From contig CBDUUV010000003.1 in the NCBI GenBank assembly GCA_965370495.1, positions 1-49,489 of the forward strand: a stretch of DNA of 49,489 nt, written 5' to 3'. This DNA is from an uncultured bacterium. Its GTDB lineage: Bacteria > Krumholzibacteriota > Krumholzibacteriia > Krumholzibacteriales > Krumholzibacteriaceae. A program made the position numbers and the translations under genes. The notes beneath the pieces were generated by a model. It was given only the letters and a program-made list of their open reading frames with translations. It was not told where the DNA came from and did no database searches. Positions 10,081 through 20,100 of this stretch are shown here, piece after piece (the first letter of the stretch is position 1; the number at the start of each line of letters is the position of its first letter).

Positions 10081-11568
10081 CTACCGGCCTATCTTTCTTG
10101 TAAACCACACGACGGCAGCAAGTTCCTCCCTTTCTTCATCAAAGCCTTCTTTGACGCCACGGCTGTACTGGAGATGCAGATCGATCTCCCAGCCGCTCAT
10201 GTAATATCCTGCCCCGCCTGTGAACCTGTACCTGTCGATATTCTGAGGAAGCTTGAGCCAGCGGTCCACAGGATAGTCAGTCAGTTCGAATCCAAATCTG
10301 AACGAATAGACGTTCAGAATATTCTTCTCTATGGCTATACGCCCGATATTCGTCACGACGCCCGATTCCCTGAACAGGCTGGCGCCGTAATCATAGACCT
10401 TTATATCATATTTCCTGGCGATATACTCGGCAGCGACCATGATATCGAGCGGCATGAACAGGTACGACACTCCTGCCCCGCCCGACAGGCAGCGGTACGG
10501 GTTGTCATACAGAAGAACCTCATCAAAAGCAGGCCGTACTCCCCAGCCATCGTTATCCGTGAAACTGCCGCTGATTCCAATCGACAGCCTCTTTCCAGCC
10601 AGTTTGTATCTGGATATCATCCGGATATCTATCAGCTCTTCCTCCCAGTAACCTTCCTTGATCCGCTTCGTTGCGCTATAGCGGATATCGGTATCTCTTT
10701 TCCCGTATGTAGTTGTCAGGGCCGCGCTGAGTTCATCCGTCATATAGAACATCTGCAGAGTCCCTTCATGCCCGTGAAGGAGCTCATTGACCGTATACCC
10801 GCTTATCGTTCTGATCTCGTAGATGCCATCCCCTGCGTAGCTGTAAATGATATTATCGTAGCCCGCATCGGTCCTGACAAATTTTGTCTTGTTCAGCCGC
10901 CTCGTCGGACGGTATATCAGGCCGAGGACAAACCCCTTTTTTGCTTCCCATGTCACGCCAAGAGCGCCGCGGAAATAGTTATGGATGATCTCCGGACGGG
11001 TATACACACTCTTCAGCCCCGTGTTGATGTTGTAGTCGAAACCGCCTCCGACATAAAGATCTTCCCTGATCCTGAAAGAGTAGTCGACATTTGTGCGAAT
11101 CCCGGTATATTGAAAATTTCCGGTCGTGAGGTCGGTAAGGTAGAATGGATCGTTATACTGATCGCTTTCCAGGCTGTGGTATACCTGGCGCTGCCCCACC
11201 CGCTGGTAATCTATATAGCCGGCTGCAACCTGCCGGCTTCCAAGTGATTTTATCCCGGAAAAACCAACGAACAGGTCGTTGGCCAGGCGAGGATCGTATT
11301 CGCGCTTGAGACCGCCATGAATCTCATCAAAACTGGCTATAAACCTGATATATGGTTGTTCGAAGTCAAGAAACAGCCACGCGGGGTTCCTGCCAAAATC
11401 GAACGGGTTAATCTGGTTATCCCTGTCTTCGACAGCAAGCCCCGCATTTGCCAGCGCGGATACCCTTAACTGATCACTTCTTGCATCCCGGCCCGATATC
11501 AGGAACGCCGTTGTCAGCAAAAGGACCAGGAGCAGGCCTCTACCTGATTTTCCGAAATATCTCCTCAC
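10081..11568 (-). CDS. Outer-membrane beta-barrel protein (DUF6850-like)
   Basis: GTG at 11568 after GGAGG, then a signal peptide; NPAWL motif; alternating amphipathic strands. Lies downstream of TBDR and DUF4876-like genes. Confidence 0.65.
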   Translation of the reverse strand: MRRYFGKSGRGLLLVLLLTTAFLISGRDARSDQLRVSALANAGLAVEDRDNQINPFDFGRNPAWLFLDFEQPYIRFIASFDEIHGGLKREYDPRLANDLFVGFSGIKSLGSRQVAAGYIDYQRVGQRQVYHSLESDQYNDPFYLTDLTTGNFQYTGIRTNVDYSFRIREDLYVGGGFDYNINTGLKSVYTRPEIIHNYFRGALGVTWEAKKGFVLGLIYRPTRRLNKTKFVRTDAGYDNIIYSYAGDGIYEIRTISGYTVNELLHGHEGTLQMFYMTDELSAALTTTYGKRDTDIRYSATKRIKEGYWEEELIDIRMISRYKLAGKRLSIGISGSFTDNDGWGVRPAFDEVLLYDNPYRCLSGGAGVSYLFMPLDIMVAAEYIARKYDIKVYDYGASLFRESGVVTNIGRIAIEKNILNVYSFRFGFELTDYPVDRWLKLPQNIDRYRFTGGAGYYMSGWEIDLHLQYSRGVKEGFDEEREELAAVVWFTRKIGR

Positions 11569-11590
11569 ATTATCCTCCAGAAAATTCATT

Positions 11591-12700
11591 TTACTGGTAC
11601 CCGGGCGTCGGGGTATCCTCAATTACAAAATCGAAAGTACTGTTGTTCGAATCCAGTCCCGGGAAACGACGCTGCACCGAACGGGCACTGTACTTTGTCA
11701 TACCGATCCCCGCAAAACCGGCATCCAGGCGCACCGTCATATATCTCGGCGACTCCGGATTGCTCGAATACTCCACTGCATCCATAATCGTCCACAACGG
11801 TATATGGATATATTCTTTCATTTTAGACCCGTCGAAGTGCATGGCGAACTCCCATTCTTCCCCTGTCGCTATCCATATCGACGTATGAGCCAGATTAAGC
11901 CTGAAATCACTGTTAAGATTCATTACGGGACCGAGGTTTGGAACTTGCAGGTTGTCATAGTCGCCTCCAAGCGCGTTGAAAAATTCCCAGTCCGCTATTG
12001 TCATATCGACACATGTATCATACCAGCGCGAGTGATCGAGGGCATCGCAGGCAAGAACGAGATGCTGTCCCGGTTCGATCGGACAGTCCTGTGTGACACC
12101 CCTGACACCAGGAAAGTCGAAGACATAATAGGCAAGAGCGTAATCCTCCGCTTCAAAATCGATGACCTCGGAAATCTGTGTGCCCCTGCATACCAGGTAT
12201 CCGTCGAGGTAAATGGTTTCGGAAGAGGAGTTGTACAACTCTATAAATTGATCCGCGTAATAGAAAGACGAAGCCCGGCAGCCACAGTAGTATATCTCGT
12301 TTATCGTCAGAGGCGATAACTGCTGGTAGGCCATAAAAACCGTATCGACCAGGGAGGGCTCGTAAAGCATCGATAAGGATTTCTGGCCGATTATCATAAA
12401 ATTCTCTACCGTATCGATCTTTTCCGCGGAAATATTGTAGGTTGCGGCGGGCAGGCTACTCACCGTTACACACCCTTCATCACCAGTGACATACTCCTCC
12501 AGGAAAAAAAAGTCGGTGGTGCTGATTCTTACCGTAGCTTCAGAAAGCGTTTTCCAGCCTTCTCCCGAAACACCGGAAGTATCGACGGCAAAAACAGTAA
12601 GAACATTTGCACCGTCGGGCCGCTGGGGATATTCTTTGCCGCATCCGGCCAGAATCACCGAGCAGAGAACAAAACAGACTGCCGCAGATATCCTTCTCAC
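11591..12700 (-). CDS. DUF4876-like (lamin-tail-like) lipoprotein, paralog 2
   Basis: Lipobox ILAGC; INEIYY..YYADQFIELYNSS..YLDG; ADWEFFN; DAVEY; DSNNSTFDF. Confidence 0.8.
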   Translation of the reverse strand: MRRISAAVCFVLCSVILAGCGKEYPQRPDGANVLTVFAVDTSGVSGEGWKTLSEATVRISTTDFFFLEEYVTGDEGCVTVSSLPAATYNISAEKIDTVENFMIIGQKSLSMLYEPSLVDTVFMAYQQLSPLTINEIYYCGCRASSFYYADQFIELYNSSSETIYLDGYLVCRGTQISEVIDFEAEDYALAYYVFDFPGVRGVTQDCPIEPGQHLVLACDALDHSRWYDTCVDMTIADWEFFNALGGDYDNLQVPNLGPVMNLNSDFRLNLAHTSIWIATGEEWEFAMHFDGSKMKEYIHIPLWTIMDAVEYSSNPESPRYMTVRLDAGFAGIGMTKYSARSVQRRFPGLDSNNSTFDFVIEDTPTPGYQ

Positions 12701-12726
12701 TGTACTACCTCCCTTTTTTTCCTGCC

Positions 12727-13866
12727 CTACTGGTCTACATGGGACCAGCCGGGTGTTGGTATAATATTGACAAAATCAAATGTCGAGTTATTCGTATCGA
12801 ATCCTATCTCCCAGCGCTCGACCGAAATCCCGCCGTATTTCGGGTTGCCAATGCCGGCGAACCCCGCATCGACTCTCAACGTAAGTTCTTTCCTCTTTTC
12901 CGGGTTTGTCGAGTACTCAACACCATCTATTACGGTATACAGGGGGAGATTGATTCTTATCGATACGGTTCCCGAGCTCTGCGAGTATTCCTCAAACGAA
13001 TACTCCTCGCCTGTAGTAAGGACGACTCCGTTGTGCACGAGCGAAATCATAAAATCATTCCGGTTGGTCGGATGTATACTGACAAGGTTAGGAATACCGG
13101 GGACATCATAATCGTTTCCAAGCGGATTAAAGAATTCCCAGTCCGCGCCGGAAAGATCGACGGCGTTATCCGCCCAGACCGAGTGATCGATCGCATCGGC
13201 CGCTATAACAACATATTGTCCGGGATAGATCGGGTATTCAGTGCCCGTGACAGGTGTTCCCGGAAACTGGAAAGCATATAAGGCCCTGACAAAATCTATA
13301 TCCTCGATCCCGGGTTCGATAAAAGCATTCCCATAATTCCTCGTCAGGATGCAGCCATCGAGGTACAGGGTATCAACCGACGAATTGTAAATCTCTACAA
13401 ACTGGTCGTAGAAATAGAACTTCGAGGCATCGGACCCATTGTACATTATCTCATTTATCATAAGGGCGTTGATTGTTACAGCCGAGACATACAATGTATC
13501 GCCGATTTCTTCGGTTCCCGTAATCTCGATATCAATATAACCGGTAAATACCTTTTTCTGGGCACCTGCAACAGTTTCTTTCCTTGCAAATATAGAATAT
13601 TTTCCAGCCGGCAATTCCGAGAAGCCTGCCATGCCTTCCATGTCAGATACATTCTGGTCGGTATATACATGGCTTCTGCTCTGTATGCTGACAACAGCAT
13701 CGCTGATAACGAAGAACCCTCCCTGTTCCGCCCCCGGATAAGTTCCGGTAGTGTCTATGACTGTCACCTTAAGGATCCCGTCGCCGTCCGGAAACACTGG
13801 CTTCTCTATAGAGCAGGACACGACAAGGATCATACCGCCGACCAGTATGGTTACCAGTTTTTTCAT
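12727..13866 (-). CDS. DUF4876-like (lamin-tail-like) lipoprotein, paralog 1
   Basis: Lipobox LVVSC; INEIMY..YFYDQFVEIYNSS..YLDG; ADWEFFN; DGVEY; DTNNSTFDF. Start overlaps the TBDR stop. Confidence 0.8.
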   Translation of the reverse strand: MKKLVTILVGGMILVVSCSIEKPVFPDGDGILKVTVIDTTGTYPGAEQGGFFVISDAVVSIQSRSHVYTDQNVSDMEGMAGFSELPAGKYSIFARKETVAGAQKKVFTGYIDIEITGTEEIGDTLYVSAVTINALMINEIMYNGSDASKFYFYDQFVEIYNSSVDTLYLDGCILTRNYGNAFIEPGIEDIDFVRALYAFQFPGTPVTGTEYPIYPGQYVVIAADAIDHSVWADNAVDLSGADWEFFNPLGNDYDVPGIPNLVSIHPTNRNDFMISLVHNGVVLTTGEEYSFEEYSQSSGTVSIRINLPLYTVIDGVEYSTNPEKRKELTLRVDAGFAGIGNPKYGGISVERWEIGFDTNNSTFDFVNIIPTPGWSHVDQ

Positions 13867-16688
13867 TCGATACCTCCTCTGTCGCCGAATGCCCTGTTGA
13901 ACAGATTATCGATGATCGTGCTGAACTCGATGCCGTAGAATATCTCGTGATTTCGTTTTTCCCAGTTCCCGTAATCATTGAGAAAATAGGCCGGGTCATC
14001 CATAACATTATGAACAAATATCGAGACTTCCGAACTTCTTCCAAGCGATTTGGAAATGTTTATGTTAAACAGCAACCTGTCATTTGGTTTTCTTCGTTCT
14101 CGCAGGTCAAAATCATCGAAAGTACGGTCCAGCCCGAGATCAGTCGACTCGGTTGGTGTTATATATACAGTCCTTCCATCTGTCGGGTCATAATATCCTT
14201 CGGCAGAACTGATCGGATCAACAAGATTCACCTTGGCTTCGAACAGTGTCTGTTGCACAGAAAAAGTCACCCACATCCCGAGTTTCTTTATGAACCAGTC
14301 GGCATTGTAGTTGACGATCATTTTCTGTCTCCATTGTTCCGAATAATGGTAGATCGGGAAGATCGTCCTTCCGAGTATTGAATTCGGCTGGGGCGACGAC
14401 ATATAGGTGCCTTCAGCCCCGGAAAAGGATTTGTAGTACGAACCGGTTACCCTGAAAACGGTCGACAGCTTCTCTATCCTTTTTGTAATAAGCTGGAATT
14501 CGAGCCCGTAGTTCTTGTACCATCCAACACCATTGTAGTGGCCGTACTTCGAGCCCGGGGTGGTATATATCGTATCAATAGGTGTCCTGCTCGCGGGATC
14601 GGGATAATCCTCCCACCTGTAACGGTAGTAAACTATAGGAGTATTGATAGTCCTCGGCATCTCCGATGAATGGGTATAGTAGCCGGTAAAGATCACACCG
14701 AGCGGACCGAACTTCTTGTCAAGAGAAGCTTCCATCTTCTCGTTCTGATATCCCATAAGCCCTGAATTGTCATAATTGAAGACATGTACGGCGATCAGGG
14801 GCATCGAATCGGGTAGAGTCACGTTTTCCTCGATGATATCAATATACATCGGTCCCTGGAAAATCCTGGTCATCGGAGCCATCTTGGAACTCTTGCCCCA
14901 ACTCAAACGGATCTGCGTGTCATCGAACAGTTCGTACTTGAACCTTATCCTGGGGTTCAGGTATGTTCCATTCCTCGACGTGACCACACCATCGTCATTG
15001 AATATTCCCCCCAGATCCAGTTTCTGGGGTGTATACATCTCGTACCTGAACCCGACGTTCAGCGACCAGGGCCGGAATCGAAAAGAACCCTTGATATTAT
15101 CCTCGAGGTACAGGCTGGCCGTATGAAGGGCGGGAACCGCGTCGTAGGAAAGCGGCCGGCGCCCGGTATCCCCGTACGGCGGGAAAAGCGGGTCGAATAT
15201 CTTGCCCCTGCCTATGTTATCATCGAATGTGTACTGCCCTCCGACCAGCGCGGAATGGTTGAGATTTAAAAGGCCAAAGTCATAGCGCAGATTAAGTTTG
15301 CCTCCAATGTTCCACTCCTCGCCCTTGGTCCATATCTTCCAAAGGTAGCCGCCGGCTCCGAAGACTCCCGGATATGTGCCATCTTCCATCTCATCGGTCA
15401 GGACCCTCGTGTCGGCCCCGGTGAACTTCTGGCTGTAGCTGTCCCTTTTCGTGTACCTGACATTCGCCCTCCATTGAATCCTGATATCCCTGGTCGGCTT
15501 GTATGTTACCGTCTGTCCATACAGGTACGTCTTGTCCTTGTTGCTTTGTTTGATCGAAAGAGGATCATCCGTGTCAACATCGATCTCGTCAAATATACCT
15601 GTGTAGTAAAACTTGTTGAGAACCTTCAGCCTCTTGTCCAGGAAATTGTTGCGGATAGTGATCTGCCCGTTGTACCTGATATATTCGTCACCTTCACGCC
15701 TGATATCCCTCTCACTGTAGGCACCATTGGCATTGAACGAGATCTCCGTACCCCTCACTATGTATCCGCCATTGATATTTGCTTCTTTCGTGTCGGGATT
15801 CGCCTTGATCTTGAATCTCGTGGGCTGTCTGCCTGACTTCGTTTTGACCATGACCAGGCCGGAGGTAAAGTCGCCATATTCAGCAGATGGCACACCGGTT
15901 ATCACGGTCACGCTCTCGATATTGTCAGCGGGAATAGTCCTGAGGTCTATCCCGCTTCCTGCCGTTGTAGTTGTCCCGTCGAGTCCTCCGTATGAGGTGC
16001 CCGTCCCGCGTTGAAGGTTTGCGTTATTGGAGATGGCGATGTCATCTATAAGCACCTTTGTGCCAAGCAGGGCGAGGCCCTTGTTACTGGTAGCCACATC
16101 TCCCACGCCCCTCAGGGCAACCTGGTTTTTCTGCGCGAGCCCGGGCGGGGCCGTTCTTTCTATACCCGGTATCATATCGAGGATATCACCGAGGTTGGTC
16201 GCCAGATGATGCTCGATCTCCGCGCTTGTGATCTTATGACTCGTCTCGGTCACTTCCGGCAACAGCTCCAGCTGATCGAGCACTGTGATCCCGCCGATCG
16301 AAAAGAACAGATTCTGTTCGGGGGTTCCACAGACCATCTCGCACAACAGGGGTGTGATCCTTCCGTCGAAGATATCGATATCCTGATAATTGGTGGTAAA
16401 ATATTCGGCGCACAAGACGGAGATACTGACCTTGCCCGGAGGCAGGTCAAAATGGAATTTTCCCTTTTTGTTGGTAAGGGTACTTGTAGTCGTCCCCTGG
16501 ATCGCGATAAGAGCGTCGGGAATAGGGTTTCCCGTGATCAGGTCGACCACCATACCTGCCAGCCTTCCCTTCTTTTCCGCATCCGCGGTCGATGGGAAGA
16601 ACAGCAGCAGAACGAGAAAGACACAAAAAATCCCCGTTATTACGGGGCCAGACGACTGAAAATACCCTGCTTTTCCGTTTCCTTTCAC
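13863..16688 (-). CDS. TonB-dependent receptor with N-terminal carboxypeptidase-regulatory-like domain
   Basis: Signal peptide; plug motif GIDLRTIPADNIESVTVITGVPSAEYGDFTSGLV; barrel strands; FVHNV..FYGIEF C-terminus. Confidence 0.92.
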   Translation of the reverse strand: MKGNGKAGYFQSSGPVITGIFCVFLVLLLFFPSTADAEKKGRLAGMVVDLITGNPIPDALIAIQGTTTSTLTNKKGKFHFDLPPGKVSISVLCAEYFTTNYQDIDIFDGRITPLLCEMVCGTPEQNLFFSIGGITVLDQLELLPEVTETSHKITSAEIEHHLATNLGDILDMIPGIERTAPPGLAQKNQVALRGVGDVATSNKGLALLGTKVLIDDIAISNNANLQRGTGTSYGGLDGTTTTAGSGIDLRTIPADNIESVTVITGVPSAEYGDFTSGLVMVKTKSGRQPTRFKIKANPDTKEANINGGYIVRGTEISFNANGAYSERDIRREGDEYIRYNGQITIRNNFLDKRLKVLNKFYYTGIFDEIDVDTDDPLSIKQSNKDKTYLYGQTVTYKPTRDIRIQWRANVRYTKRDSYSQKFTGADTRVLTDEMEDGTYPGVFGAGGYLWKIWTKGEEWNIGGKLNLRYDFGLLNLNHSALVGGQYTFDDNIGRGKIFDPLFPPYGDTGRRPLSYDAVPALHTASLYLEDNIKGSFRFRPWSLNVGFRYEMYTPQKLDLGGIFNDDGVVTSRNGTYLNPRIRFKYELFDDTQIRLSWGKSSKMAPMTRIFQGPMYIDIIEENVTLPDSMPLIAVHVFNYDNSGLMGYQNEKMEASLDKKFGPLGVIFTGYYTHSSEMPRTINTPIVYYRYRWEDYPDPASRTPIDTIYTTPGSKYGHYNGVGWYKNYGLEFQLITKRIEKLSTVFRVTGSYYKSFSGAEGTYMSSPQPNSILGRTIFPIYHYSEQWRQKMIVNYNADWFIKKLGMWVTFSVQQTLFEAKVNLVDPISSAEGYYDPTDGRTVYITPTESTDLGLDRTFDDFDLRERRKPNDRLLFNINISKSLGRSSEVSIFVHNVMDDPAYFLNDYGNWEKRNHEIFYGIEFSTIIDNLFNRAFGDRGGIE

Positions 16689-16953
16689 CAGAAAACCCTT
16701 CGTTTATACCTTATATACCCGATCTACCAGCCTTTATTACCAGACAACCCAAAAAAAAACAAAAACACAGGCGCTGCACCCTCAACCCGTATCCAGAAAC
16801 CAGGCAACCCGGATAACCGCAACACTACCACCCGGCCAGCGGGAACCAGCCTGCCCTGATAAATGGCCATGCACAATAGAAATATGTTGTTGCCCTCAAG
16901 TTGTTGCCTGAATATACAGCTGCCGTATCTCCATAAGCATGAACAACTCACCA

Positions 16954-16972
16954 ACTTGGAATGATTATAAAC
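16954..16972. promoter_or_regulatory. Fur-like operator overlapping the -10 box
   Basis: ACTTGGAATGATTATAAAC contains the AATGATTAT Fur core in an imperfect AT-rich dyad, upstream of a TBDR. Confidence 0.45.
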
Positions 16973-16992
16973 CTAAATGGCCTCGATGTCTA
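16964..16992 (-). promoter_or_regulatory. Sigma70 promoter of the TBDR operon
   Basis: Minus strand reads TAGACA (16992-16987)-N17-TATAAT (16969-16964). Confidence 0.7.
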
Positions 16993-17111
16993 TAAAAAAA
17001 TGGGGGGAAACCGGGATTTCGCCCGGGAACCGCGCGCGGTGATATATAATGAGATACTGGCTGGAAATACCCCCGGGGGGGGAGGCACCGGAATTCGTAT
17101 TTACCGGCCGC

Positions 17112-20100
17112 TCACCTGATCCTCACCCTGTAGATGATAGCCCCCTCTTCACCACTACCCAGAATGAAGGGCGCCTGCCTGGAAAGAACCAACCTCAGAG
17201 CCCCGTCCGACGCGTCGTACATCAACTCGTCGGCGTCCGCGGGATCGGCTGTAAGGTAGATACTCACACCGCTTCTGACCCATTCGACGTCATTACCGGG
17301 CCCGAAAGCATCTGTGACCAGCTCGACGGCAGGGGAAACAGGATCTATGATCTCTATCTCCCTGACACCCTCGGCACCGGGATTGGTGAAGACTATCGTA
17401 TATGTGACAATATCACCGGGCCTGGCCTGCTCGAGATCGACATCCTTGACCAGGCGCAGCACACCGCTCGCTGTCGCAAGAACAACAAGATTGTCCGTCA
17501 CCAGGGAGGATGTCACAATCGCCGTTCCGCCAAGCGTCTGCATCAGGGTGACAACAGCCGATCCAATCGTTCCTGCGGCCACATGAGACGGAACGAAAAC
17601 CCTCATGATCACAGGCACAAAATCGCGTCCGGGAACATCGGGATCAAGATCGAGATCGGCGGAAGTGAGCCTTGTATCGGAACCATCCAGCCTGCCGTCG
17701 CCATTCACGTCACGGTACCACACATCAACCCAACCAGCGGAAAGAGCGGCGCTTACGGAAGCCTGCCCGGCCGTTCCGGCGGTTATAGTATGAGACAGTT
17801 CGATAAATCCTCCAGCCGGGCCGCTGGCGCTCCCCTCGGGAGCTATCGACGAGACCGGGACATCCGCGAAATCGATATGGATTGTATCACCAGCGCTTGT
17901 CATCCCGGTCGAAACAGTATCGGGGCTGATGCTTACCATGCCGCCGGGCGTAAGCTCCATTACATTCCTGAGAACCCCCGCCGGAATCATAAAGAGATAT
18001 TTTCCCCCGCCGTTTGTCGATGTGGCAAACGGTATTACAGGATCGGTCAGCGTGATAGACACGCCACTCAAGCCAGCCTCGCCCGTATCGAACACTCCAT
18101 CATGGTCACTGTCGTTAAAGACCCTTCCCGCTATGAACGCGGCCGTTACAACCTCGAGCAGCACACTGTCCTCGATATCCATCGACATCGCGAAGCCATC
18201 GATTATGAGTGCTGTCCTGAGCAGTGCCCCGGCAGGTACAGCTACCCTTACTGTAAATGTCAGCGCGTTGCCGGGGCCTATAAGCGATGTAACGTGTGGC
18301 GACACGAAGTCGCTAACTCCATCTGAAAGAAGCACAGATCCCGCAGGCCAGCCCACCGGTTCCTGCCATGATATCTGGAACGAATCGGGGAAACCGCCCC
18401 TGTTCACGATCTCGAGCGATGCCGTAACAACACTTCCCGGGTCCCCGAAGATAACAGCCCTGCCGCCTTCTCCCGAACCGGCGGGAGCCGTATCGAAGGC
18501 TCCTTCACCATCTATGACAAGATCGGCCAGCGGCGGTGGATTGATATGTATGTCAGCTGTGACGCTCTCCGTATTCGTCGAATCTACGACAGATATCACA
18601 TCTATTATATACGAGTAATCACCTTCAGCGGCCGACAGCGGAATAGTCACAGCAAATACATGGAATCCAGAACCTCCACCAGGGACAACGGATGTCGTGC
18701 ACGGCACGGCCTGCCCATCGAAGAAAGCCACCCACCCGGCGAGCGGGGCCCAGTCGATGATGTAACTCTCAGGCTCCGTCCCCTGATTCTGCAACTCTAT
18801 GGTAAAGTTGATGATTCGTCCGCCGATCGTACTCTGTGAAGAACTGCCTCCCGCGCCGGTTCCGATGGCGCCGAAAACTTCGTCTCCACTGCCATCGATA
18901 AGCGCGTCCACAATGCGCGGATATGATACCAGTATGCGCCCTGTAACACTGTCAACATAGTATCTCTTGTTTGTTTTCATCCCGTCGAGGATCACATCGA
19001 AGGTTCCTCCCGTGCAGGTCCCCGGAATCCTGACTTCGAGGATATAGTCGCCCGCCGAGACACCCGAGAAAGATGACGTGGAATCACCGATGAGGACTTC
19101 CCATCCAGGCGGGGTCGACCACTCCAGATCGAATGTGTTGCCGCCTGCCTGGTTCTGCAGCGTAATGTCGAAAAAGACCGTGTCGCCCGGGTTGGCGTTT
19201 ATGATCGAACTTCCTCCAAGGCCTGTTCCGATCGAGCCGTACGTATCGTCTCCATTCCCATCGATCAACAGGTCGGTTTCGTTACCCGATGCTACCGAAA
19301 TCCCCGCGGTAACGCTTTCGGAGATATTTCCATCACTCCGCGACACCGCATCGAGGATCGAGACATACGTATTGTACGAAGCATTCCCGGGAATCGTTAT
19401 CGCCAGTGTGTACCAGCTCTCACTGAACGGATCAAACCCGGACGTCGTCCAGGGAAACGCGTGATCGGCCGATCCGTCATTGATCACGGCTGACCATCCC
19501 CCACCGGGCGAGTCCCAGTCGAGACGGAACGAATCGGCGACTCCACCCTCGTTCTGAATTATCAGCGGGAAAAATACCGTGTTTCCCCTCTCTCCTGAAA
19601 TAGTGCTGTTTCCTCCGAGCCCTGCTGAAGTGGGATCGATGATATCATTCCCGCTGGAAGCTATGATCATATCGATTTTGGGAGCCAGTACTCTCGCGAC
19701 CGCGGTAACCGCGTCCTTGCGCAGCGTGTCGATAAGGGATTTGGCGTAGACTATCGTCTCGTAGTCTCCACCCGGGACCGATGGAGGCACTGTCACTGTC
19801 AGTGTAAACAACTCTGTGCTCCCGGGGTTGATCCCGCTCGTAACAAAGGCCCCCGCGTGTTCAACCGCTCCCTCTGTCACCACTGCAGTCAGCGGATATG
19901 CGGGCTCGAACCAGATCATGAACGAATCGTACATAACTCCCGAGTTCATCAATTCGATACTGAATCCGAGTGTCGTATCGGCCGGGCCGCTCCTGTAGGA
20001 GATCCCGCCTCCACCGGACGCGTCTATCACTCCGAACCCGTTTGAGTCTATCGCGAGGTCTGCAAGATGATCGGCGGGAACTACATTCGTCCCCAGAGTT

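Noticed and set aside
10012-11247. 411-aa plus-strand ORF opposite the OM barrel gene
   Set aside because: The minus-strand gene fits the operon, RBS and signal peptide; this ORF has no protein-like features.
16724-16954. 76-aa ORF in the TBDR leader
   Set aside because: TTG start essentially at the predicted TSS, no RBS, and it runs through a poly-T tract. A leader peptide is not fully excluded.
16689-16960. Cobalamin riboswitch upstream of the TBDR
   Set aside because: No B12-box or GCCACTG/GGGAAG core found by eye.
17049-18326. 425-aa plus-strand ORF opposite the DUF11 tip gene
   Set aside because: Arg/His-rich antisense translation typical of shadow ORFs.
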